This document shows positions 54,984 through 64,000 of a stretch of 64,000 nt of DNA, in pieces (positions within the stretch are counted from its first letter, which is position 1; the number at the start of each line of letters is the position of its first letter). The notes beneath the pieces were generated by a model. The model saw only the letters and a program-made list of their open reading frames with translations. It ran no database searches and was not told the origin of the DNA. A program made the translations under genes and the position numbers. The stretch comes from Eukaryota sp. TZLM1-RC (lineage: Eukaryota > Protista > Metamonada: BaSk clade), in assembly GCA_040285825.1 (NCBI GenBank), contig JAUPSS010000004.1:1840550-1904549 (forward strand). Reading direction: 5' to 3'.

Positions 54984-57928
54984 AATTTTATTAAAAACCT
55001 ATAAATCAACATCTAAATAATCCATCTCTCTCAAAACAAAAACACTAGATGCAACTCTCTCATAGTGAGATCCAAAAGAAAGCAAAGCATCAGAAACCAT
55101 CTTCAACATCCCCTCAAAAATAGAAAACACAATTCTATTTTGCCAAATCAATCTGTTGAAATTTTTGTTAGTTCTTCTCTTTACAATCATTTCAAAATCT
55201 TCCAAAAAAATATAGCCGTTGGAGCAAGTGAACCAAAAAGGGAAAATACAAATGGATACAAATTGTATTTTGCATGCTGTTGACTGGACAATTGGGACAA
55301 AGCTTCATTGTATTTTTTGATTTTGAAATTTTCAGCATTTGAAAAAGGATTATGAATTTCAGAATTAACAAGCCTTTCATTTGAGACATTACAAGGATCA
55401 ACAGACATTACATCCAATAAAATGAAGGTTCTATCTAACCCAGGTAATATGATATCACCTCTATTATTCTTATGAAAGTCATCTTCAGCATCAAACAGAT
55501 TTGACAACAGAGGTTCCAAAATGGATTCAATACTATGAAACTTACACATATCATATAACTGGTCTCTTACAGCATCGTGAACCTTGCTGCTAGAAGTAAT
55601 AAAATGTTTACAGTGTAACAAACGAGTAATTGTAATTTCTCGAGAACAATTAAAAATTAAATAATGAGGTAAATTATCAGGCGAGATAAAGGAGCGAAGT
55701 CTCATATTCAAAGTTTGTTTTTGAATTTCTGTTGATTTAACCAAAGATGAATACGATCTTCAAATACAAAAAAAGGAAGCTAGGTATACTTCAATTGATG
55801 CATCCTGAATTGATTCTTTCAACTCAAGGATGAATAATACTCAAGTTGCTTTTTGAGACAAACCAAATCAACGATTTTACTATTGTACCACCCAATATTT
55901 TGAAAGAAGTACAAGTTGTTAAAAAAATTCGTATCTCCATTTGTGTGATGTTGATGAACAAGAAGAACAAAAACTGCAATATATACAAAATCAACAAAAC
56001 GAGTACGGAAAAACGCTAGAATTCTTTGTTAGGCCTCTAAGAATACAAAGAGATACCAAAAACGGAAATTTTATCATGTCTCTATTAGCATCATCTCCTG
56101 GACCAACAGCATCAAATGCAGAAGCTGAAGGGCCAATTCAATGTTGCGACCAATCTCGAAAACTCACATAATTTTGAATATTTAATAAATTTTTTTAAAA
56201 AAATTTAATTTTATTAAAAACCTATAAATCAACATCTAAATAATCCATCTCTCTCAAAACAAAAACACTAGATGCAACTCTCTCATAGTGAGATCCAAAA
56301 AGAAAGCAAAGCATCAGAAACCATCTTCAACATCCCCCTCAAAAATAGAAAACACAATTCTATTTTTGCCAAATCAATCTGTTGAAATTTTTGTTAGTTC
56401 TTCTCTTTACAATCAATTCAAAATCTTCCAAAAAAATATAGCCGTTGGAGCAAGTGAACCAAAAAGGGAAAATACAAATGGATACAAATTGTATTTTGCA
56501 TGCTGTTGGGTGGACAATTGGGACAAAGCTTCATTGTATTTTTTGATTTTGAAATTTTCAGCATTTGAAAAAGGATTATGAATTTCAGAATTAACAAGCC
56601 TTTCATTTGAGACATTACAAGGATCAACAGACATTACATCCAATAAAATGAAGGTTCTATCTAACCCAGGTAATATGATATCACCTCTATTATTCTTATG
56701 AAAGTCATCTTCAGCATCAAACAGATTTGACAACAGAGGTTCCAAAATGGATTCAATACTATGAAACTTACACATATCATATAACTGGTCTCTTACAGCA
56801 TCGTGAACCTTGCTGCTAGAAGTAATAAAATGTTTACAGTGTAACAAACGAGTAATTGTAATTTCTCGAGAACAATTAAAAATTAAATAATGAGGTAAAT
56901 TATCAGGCGAGATAAAGGAGCGAAGTCTCATATTCAAAGTTTGTTTTTGAATTTCTGTTGATTTAACCAAAGATGAATACGATCTTCAAATACAAAAAAG
57001 GAAGCTAGGTATACTTCAATTGATGCATCCTGAATTGATTCTTTCAACTCAAGGATGAATAATACTCAAGTTGCTTTTTGAGACAAACCAAATCAACGAT
57101 TTTACTATTGTACCACCCAATATTTTGAAAGAAGTACAAGTTGTTAAAAAAATTCGTATCTCCATTTGTGTGATGTTGATGAACAAGAAGAACAAAAACT
57201 GCAATATATACAAAATCAACAAAACGAGTACGGAAAAACGCTAGAATTCTTTGTTAGGCCTCTAAGAATACAAAGAGATACCAAAAACGGAAATTTTATC
57301 ATGTCTCTATTAGCATCATCTCCTGGACCAACAGCATCAAATGCAGAAGCTGAAGGGCCAATTCAATGTTGCGACCAATCTCGAAAACTCACATAATTTT
57401 GAATATTTAATAAATTTTTTTGTAAAAAAATTTAATTTTATTAAAACCTATAAATCAACATCTAAATAATCCATCTCTCTCAAAACAAAAACACTAGATG
57501 CAACTCTCTCATAGTGAGATCCAAAAGAAAGCAAAGCATCAGAAACCATCTTCAACATCCCCTCAAAAATAGAAAACACAATTCTATTTTGCCAAATCAA
57601 TCTGTTGAAATTTTTGTTAGTTCTTCTCTTTACAATCATTTCAAAATCTTCCAAAAAAATATAGCCGTTGGAGCAAGTGAACCAAAAAGGGAAAATACAA
57701 ATGGATACAAATTGTATTTTGCATGCTGTTGGGTGGACAATTGGGACAAAGCTTCATTGTATTTTTTGATTTTGAAATTTTCAGCATTTGAAAAAGGATT
57801 ATGAATTTCAGAATTAACAAGCCTTTCATTTGAGACATTACAAGGATCAACAGACATTACATCCAATAAAATGAAGGTTCTATCTATCTTTATCAGGCGA
57901 GATAAAGGAGCGAAGTCTCATATTCAAA
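54984..57928 (-). repeat. Tandem array of ~1225-bp units (two full plus one partial), each containing a non-LTR RLE 3' fragment
   Basis: Units start at 54984, 56207 and 57434 and give near-identical ORFs ('HDAVRD..EPLL..RGD..LLDV'). The third unit has an internal deletion. Confidence 0.92.
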
Positions 57929-58241
57929 TCTAACATCAAAATTCAAGCTTTCAAAAATCTTTGACAAATTTTGTTGAAGCTTTTTACAGCAAAACTGTAA
58001 ATTAAAAAAAGATCGAGTTGGAATTTCTGGAATTGATTGTCCCCTTATTGTATTCTGTATCTCCTGGTCGTTTTTATGAAAGAAAAACTTCCAGTAAGTT
58101 CTTTTTGGCTGATTTGGGTTATGAAGATTCAGAATTTTACTTCGTGTAGTTGAGTTTTTTGTTGGAATAAATTAAAACGTTGAAAAAATTGGATTCGGTG
58201 TTTTCCTCAAAAAGTTCATGAAATTCCAAATCATTCAATCC

Positions 58242-59260
58242 CTAATTATCTTTTTCATTTGAAAGAGCTACACAAACTTCAAATCGACATTTTAACGAAG
58301 TATGACATTTCATCGTAGGATATTTCTCCCTCATCCATAGTCTAGGATTCTCAACATCAAGAAACACTTTTACTTGTTTATAACAAGTTGGAAACTTTGA
58401 AGATGTGTTTCTCTCATCAACTAAACATACAATGTAACCATTTCTATTAAAGAAATTTCTCCATCCAACTTTTCTACTGGATCGATGATGGTTTAAATTC
58501 TTTGTCTTATTGCCATTGTCACCAAACATCAGGATAGTGTCTTCTTGCTTCCAATGCTTTTCAGCCATTCTTTTTAATAACTTAGCTTCTGTTTTCTGAT
58601 GATGGACATACCTTTGCATTTTTTGAATGCGCCATATCATTAAACAGTAGTACAATGTAAATGTCATGTTTGTCAGCTTGGAAGCAACATAAGAATAGAA
58701 AATAATATAAATGGAAGATTTTGATGATTCTGTTGATAGTGTAGCTTCTGTTTCTTCTATTGTGATTCCACTGTGTAACATGTACTCTTTCCTTTTCAAT
58801 TTTCTGAATTTTTGGTGAACTCTCGATACCCTTGACCACTCCAATTCTGTCAATCTCAGCCATTCATATTGTTCATCTTTTTTAGTTTTTTAGTCTTTTG
58901 CATTAAGTTTGAATCTTTTTAGACTACAAAAATAAAGTAAATCATATTTACCAGGGTCAATATGTACTTTGTGTTTTGATGATGGAAATTCAACGTCCAA
59001 ATCATCCAGATAGTTTTCAGCCGTTGCAAACTTTGCACTATCAGGCTTGAATGACATGCCAATACAATCCTATTTTGCTAGCTCAATACAGGCTGCAAAA
59101 ATATCAGTTTTTATAATATTATCAAATTTGTAGCCTTTTTTAATAAATGGTCTATTAATTTCAAAAAAAACATGACCAAAATTATTTTTTTCTTCTGGAC
59201 TCAACTTTTGAAATGTCAGCTATTGAATTCCACTCCGAATTATTTTTCTTGTCATCAATT
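58242..59260 (-). mobile_element. Fanzor family D-like internal remnant (no RuvC-III or right end)
   Basis: 'GYKFDNIIKTD', RuvC-I 'HIDPGKYDLLYF', 'ILMFGD', RuvC-II 'LVDERNTSS', 'NPR'; collinear with 32800-33650. Confidence 0.8.
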
Positions 59261-59263
59261 TCA

Positions 59264-59827
59264 TCATTTGTTAATTATTTTAAAATCAACCAAAGTTACT
59301 TTAGTGGAAGAAGTCTTCAAAAGAGCTTCAGAGAGAGTATCAATATTTACAAGTTGTACACGCAAACCTTCAACTTGAGAATCATTCTTGACATCAAAAA
59401 CTTTACCTTCAAGATTGTTGAATTCGACATCAGTTGCAGTGAAGTTGGAATTGGTTAATTCAACATGTCTAGAAGCTTGTGAATCTAGTACATCAACATT
59501 AGTGAAGGTATTATCTGCATTGTTAATACCAACAAGAGTTTGGGACAAATGACCAGTAAGTGAGGAATCAGCATAAGTAACCTCTGAATTATCATCAGTA
59601 AATAAAGGATCAGTAAATGAGGAAATTACAGTGGTACTGGGGGTGGGGGTGGGGGTGCTATTAGTGTACTCAATCATGAATTGTAAATCTCCAAAATCGG
59701 CGTCTTCAGTGGGATTGTGACCCTTAGGAAGGAGCCATCCATAACATCAGTGGTATAGTTAGATAGTGTAAGGATCACTACGGGAAACAACTGCCGTGAG
59801 AAGTAGTACTAAGACAAGAAGTTTCAT
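59264..59827 (-). pseudogene. Secreted/surface protein fragment
   Basis: Signal peptide MKLLVLVLLLTAVVS at 59827 is in frame with the 59677 ORF but interrupted by TAA and TGA. TP repeat. Truncated at the Fanzor remnant. Confidence 0.45.
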
Positions 59828-60001
59828 GGAGAAAGGAAAAACAGCATTCCAACTTACATGAAATAATTGCTTTCATTGGGCTTAGAGACAAATTCACATT
59901 CGTTGACCTGGTATATTTAGTCTTTCTGTCCACGGAGTATGAATACAGAGCAATATTTGAAAATTTGAATGTTGAATATTTCAGTCATATGTCATCATTT
60001 A

Positions 60002-61024
60002 TTACCACTTCAACAACAATCTATGCTTAACACCAGACCTCAACCTCTCTAATGCTTCGCTTGCATTGTTCATATGTACAATTTCCACAGGGGGCATCAC
60101 AGCATTGATCTTGGCGAAATGCAGCAATTCAGTCATTTTACTTGTTCCTGCAATTGTGGAACCAGTTAATGTGAGTGACTTGGTCACAACATTCATACCA
60201 TTCAGCACAATTGTGCTGTCAGCAGGTAGCCCTAAAAGAACCACTGTTCCACCGATACTTAGCATTGATAAATACCTTTCCCAATCCAGGGAAGCCGATG
60301 CTGTGTTCAACATCAAATCAAGTGAACCCTGTGCTGGAGAATAGCTGGTCTCATCAGTCATGTCGATAACCGTAGAAGCACCAAGTTTCCAGGCCTCTTC
60401 CTTCTTAGACATGGACCTCGTTAACAGGGTCACCTTGTGACCCAAGTGTTTTGCAAGTTGGATGGCGACACTACCTAACCCTCCCAGACCAATGACCCCA
60501 ACTCGAAGACCAGGACGAAGATGTTTACTTAGTGGACTCCACACCGTGGCTCCTGCACATAAAAGTGGAGCAACATCACCTACATTGCTACCAAAGTTAT
60601 TTAAGTTGTAACATAGTCGCTCGTGCGCTACGACCTTCTCTGCCAACCCCCCATATGAAGGTGGAAGTATTGTTGGTTGAGCCTGGCTACACAGCTGCTC
60701 CTCTCCGATTCTACAGAATTGACAGCTTCCACATGAGTTTGACAACCATCCAACTCCACAGATGTCACCTTTCTGTACAGTACTTCCATGGCCAATCTCA
60801 ATGACTTTTCCCACAATTTCATGGCCAGGTACTAACGGATACTTTGAGATTCCCCAATCATTATCGACCAAATGTACGTCCGAATGACATAAGGAGCAGC
60901 TGATCACTTCTAGTAGTACATGGCAGCAAGGTAGTTCTTGTTGGGTCGACGGCAATGAGATTATATGTGGTTGGAGTTTACCTTTTTCTTCAAAAGCCGC
61001 AAAGCACTTGACAGAGACTGGCAT
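60002..61024 (-). CDS. Zn-dependent alcohol/aldehyde reductase (cinnamyl-ADH/YahK/Ahr family)
   Basis: 'CHSD', 'PGHEIVG', structural Zn 'CGSCQFC..EQLC', 'APLLCAG', 'GVIGLGGLG'. Confidence 0.92.
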   Translation of the reverse strand: MPVSVKCFAAFEEKGKLQPHIISLPSTQQELPCCHVLLEVISCSLCHSDVHLVDNDWGISKYPLVPGHEIVGKVIEIGHGSTVQKGDICGVGWLSNSCGSCQFCRIGEEQLCSQAQPTILPPSYGGLAEKVVAHERLCYNLNNFGSNVGDVAPLLCAGATVWSPLSKHLRPGLRVGVIGLGGLGSVAIQLAKHLGHKVTLLTRSMSKKEEAWKLGASTVIDMTDETSYSPAQGSLDLMLNTASASLDWERYLSMLSIGGTVVLLGLPADSTIVLNGMNVVTKSLTLTGSTIAGTSKMTELLHFAKINAVMPPVEIVHMNNASEALERLRSGVKHRLLLKW

Positions 61025-61733
61025 AAGAGAGGAGGATGAACAAAAAAGCAGTTAACTGTAGATATGAATGATTTGTCAACGAGCGTTTGGAAACCTTTCA
61101 GTGCAGGAGTAGTTTTTTAAGGTTATTAACTTACGGCTGAAAACTGCGTCGTTATCAATGGTAACTGTGTTGACCAAGTTGTCAGCACAGTTGTTTTAGT
61201 TTGCTGTATTGGGACGATATTAATTTTGGTTAAGAATACAATTGAAAATGTAAAGTTGTATTCCCAAAAAAAGTTTTTAACTTTAGTAAACACCTCTTTG
61301 AAATAGACTAATTGTTTCAAAAATTCCTTCTCTAGTTATAGTTCGATTATTCATCATCATAATTTAACCAGAAAAGGTAAAATTTGTAAGGGTATTATGA
61401 GTTTGCTAAATAAAAGGATTTGAAGTGCACAACAACTAGCTTCGTTGTTAAAACTTTACCCTTAACTTTCAAAATAAATTAATTGCACTTACTTAATACT
61501 CAAATAGAATTTCCTCCAATACTTGTTTAAAAACAAAATTTGAAACAACGTTGCATAAGGAATACATGATTTGTGCTCTGAAATGAGATAAGCAATGAAC
61601 TGCGTTGAAATCTATCGACGAACCACTGATCAAGGGTTTCCTCAATACATGCCAACATCGCAGATATCTGCAGGTTACTGAAAAAGAATCGTCATTAAAC
61701 ATCCTATTTCTTCTGCAACAGACACCTAAGATT

Positions 61734-61874
61734 ATGCCAAAAAGAAAAGGACAAAAAACGATTGACATTCAAAGAGAGGACAAGCAATCAGGACCTGGCA
61801 CTACCACGCATGAAACAACGATTAGAGAGACTGAGACTAAGGTTGGACGGCCAAAGGGGAGTAAGAACAAGTGA
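61734..61874 (+). CDS. 46-aa basic microprotein with AT-hook-like 'GRPKGSKNK'
   Basis: MPKRKGQKTIDIQREDKQSGPGTTTHETTIRETETKVGRPKGSKNK; homologous to 11973-12119. Confidence 0.5.
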   Translation: MPKRKGQKTIDIQREDKQSGPGTTTHETTIRETETKVGRPKGSKNK

Positions 61875-61957
61875 AACTTTAACAATCAACTGTGGTAGCA
61901 TTGTAGTAAAACAAACAAGATTGCAAACTTTGTTATGCTCCCAATTTAATCAAATCT

Positions 61958-62040
61958 TTTTTTTTTAAAATTTAATTTTATTCTAAACCTATAAATCAAC
62001 ATCTAAAAAATCCATCTCTCCCAAAACAAAAACACTAGAT
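61958..62040 (-). mobile_element. Short 3' end of retroelement family B'
   Basis: Matches the unit ends at 56200-56275 (CCTATAAATCAACATCTAAA...ACACTAGAT). Confidence 0.7.
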
Positions 62041-62700
62041 TATTTTCATTATTTTCAGCACCTTTCACAACGGCAGCAGCTGGAACAGAACATTTGAGAA
62101 TTTGTTGAGCAGATTTCAATTCAAATTCTCTTTTTTGTTTTTCAGGGCACGTTCTCAATTTAATCAAATCTTGATTTGTAATGACTTTAATTAAAGGTAA
62201 AAGGCACTTTAACAAAAAGTACTCAAATTCTTGAACCTGAATACAATTAGTGCAAAAAACAATCTTTATTGATGACAGGAAATAAATATATCAAGAATAA
62301 TTCTGATTAGAATTATTTAACAAAATATTTAATATGTATAATGGATAAGTGAAAACCTTGTTCAATGATTTAAAATGTTTCTTGTAGGTTAAGATTGCCA
62401 AAAACTTGAGGCCATTGTTTTCACAGTCTAACTGATTGTCAAGAGATGTTTGGATTTTGGTGAAAGTTTTAATGAAACCCAAGAAAAATAAAGGTCATGT
62501 ATTTAAAAAAAGAGAAAAAGTAAATAAAATAAAATAATAAATTTACTCAGTAATCTTTTTTCTTGTATAGGTTTGAACACCCTTGAAATAGGTTATTTTA
62601 AATAATTTCTTCCAAATGGGTACACAAAGCAATTTTTCGTTAGAATTAATTAATGTGAAGTGTTGAATTTTTTCCACTATTGATTGACTCAATAAAATAC

Positions 62701-63891
62701 TCACAATCTTAAACCCGATATTGACAAATCAATCATATCTGATTGATTGCGAACTTGCCTCTTTGGTAACCCTGCTCTACTCTTAGTTTTTATTCTGGTG
62801 TTCAGAGTCATAAATGGCTTGCCTTCTTCGTTTCTTTCTTTAACTGGAGAATGAATCAACCCATGCCCAACAGAAAGAGATTCTTCAGTTGCAAGGTTAT
62901 TTATTGGTTCAGAAATTTTGGATTTTCTGTGTTTGTGGGTACTTTGGATCTTTCTTGGAGGCAGTAACTCCGTCTGGCAAGCAACACACTGATTTTGACC
63001 TATCGACAAATCAAAACAAGACCCACAAAGACCGTGATTACAGGGTAGTATCCTATCTACCTTGTCTGCACACTTGGTACACTGCTGTTCCCGAAAAATT
63101 TTCCACGCATCCGACTCTTCCTCCAAAACCTTTGGAAAGATAGTCTCTTTTGAACGAACAGACCCTGCCTCAAACCAAGGTATTTCAAATCCAAAAAAAC
63201 AAAAAAACGAGTGGTGAGAATGAACATTGGAAAGAAAGCAATGGGAACAGAGATGTGTTTCTGAACAAATTCTACATTTGAATAAAGGGCCAGTAATTGA
63301 GAAGCTACATCTTGTACAGAGTTTTTTGTGGTTATAAAGAGATCGAAAGGGTAAAGGTTTGTTGTTGGAGGCTGTTAATTTGTACTGCTCAGACACCAAG
63401 ATTTCCCTGCAAAGAGGACACCGTACAGTATGTGAAGTGGAGAGGGAATGTGCTGTCCAGTGAGAGAGACAACTTGGGTGAAAAGAGTTGAGACAATGTG
63501 CACAATAACATAAAGTAATCGAAGAAGAAGAGAGAAGTTGGTTCATACAGATTGCACAGTCGTCATCATTGGTGAGGGTACGGGGAGCTGAGGATGGTTG
63601 TGTAGAGTTGATGGTGTTGTCAGAAGTGATGAGAGGGGCTGAAAAGTTGCTAGAAGCTAATAGTTGCTCAACTTCAAGATTATTGAATCCAGATTGACTG
63701 AAAAGTGGTGACGTTGTCGGTATTTTAAAGTACCGTTCAAGTAAAAAAGAGACATGAGGACAAGGTTTGGTGGTAGAAGAACATGTGCAATGATTATAAG
63801 ATCCAATGGAAGTTTTAAACTTTGCTCCAGTGGCATCATTTTGGAGCACAAAAGCTAAAGGTCCAAGCTTTTGAACTAGTAGAAGACTCAT
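62701..63891 (-). CDS. ZSWIM2: ZSWIM2-like E3 ligase (SWIM, RING, ZZ, RING)
   Basis: SWIM 'CTC..PCPHV', RING 'CAIC..CAHCLNSFHPSC..CPLCR', ZZ 'CTRC..FKCRIC..LCSHCF..H.H', C-terminal RING. Confidence 0.8.
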   Translation of the reverse strand: MSLLLVQKLGPLAFVLQNDATGAKFKTSIGSYNHCTCSSTTKPCPHVSFLLERYFKIPTTSPLFSQSGFNNLEVEQLLASSNFSAPLITSDNTINSTQPSSAPRTLTNDDDCAICMNQLLSSSSITLCYCAHCLNSFHPSCLSHWTAHSLSTSHTVRCPLCREILVSEQYKLTASNNKPLPFRSLYNHKKLCTRCSFSITGPLFKCRICSETHLCSHCFLSNVHSHHSFFCFFGFEIPWFEAGSVRSKETIFPKVLEEESDAWKIFREQQCTKCADKVDRILPCNHGLCGSCFDLSIGQNQCVACQTELLPPRKIQSTHKHRKSKISEPINNLATEESLSVGHGLIHSPVKERNEEGKPFMTLNTRIKTKSRAGLPKRQVRNQSDMIDLSISGLRL

Positions 63892-63928
63892 TGTTAAAGA
63901 TGTTGTCTATGAGAATGTTGAGGGACAG
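63892..63928 (-). repeat. Internally deleted cassette copy D upstream of the ZSWIM2-like ATG
   Basis: Reverse complement CTGTCCCTCAACAT-TCTC-ATAGACAACATCTTTAACA-ATG keeps both halves of the cassette. Confidence 0.6.
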
Positions 63929-64000
63929 TTGCTTTTATGTGATGTCATCATTTTTGAACTTCATCAACCATGGCTCTCTGCAGGTATCCTGGTCTATCTT

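Noticed and set aside
55941-57396. Repeated 76-aa ORFs as genes
   Set aside because: TTG start, no motif, and identity explained by the tandem duplication.
21060-59827. Alternative genetic code or programmed frameshifting to explain in-frame stops
   Set aside because: Host genes are long and open under the standard code and use all three stops. Lesions are concentrated in TE remnants and pseudogene fragments.
7588-63928. Dispersed cassette read as a CRISPR-like array
   Set aside because: Copies are kilobases apart, on both strands, with no repeat-spacer periodicity and no cas genes.

Overview
AT-rich, gene-dense, almost intron-free eukaryotic (protist) DNA from a flagellated lineage (DRC1, CFAP57). 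It carries about 20 host genes: RRN3, ARP2 (with a 29-nt intron), UGGT, an A1 aspartic protease, an RRM protein, a spastin-like AAA ATPase, UPF2, PNGase, DRC1, TMEM120, a kinesin, a RINGv ligase, CFAP57, ELP1, TFIIH p44, ABHD13, a bacterial-like Zn-ADH and a ZSWIM2-like protein. Between them lie blocks of mobile DNA: seven Fanzor (eukaryotic TnpB-like) loci from about four families and several CRE-like RLE non-LTR retrotransposon fragments. One Fanzor (1017-2972) is intact, and a second copy delimits its structured ~275-nt omega-RNA candidate. Another Fanzor is fused in frame behind a family-B DNA polymerase-type 3'-5' exonuclease domain. The most striking pattern is positional: all six Fanzor 3' ends still present point into a host gene and stop 0-82 nt before its ATG. 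In addition, an ~80-nt cassette that forms the tail of one Fanzor recurs, without the Fanzor ORF, 12-13 nt before the ATG of three other unrelated genes. This suggests promoter-targeted Fanzor elements whose ends may supply promoters/leaders or guides for host genes. All homology calls come from motif recognition only; no searches were run.
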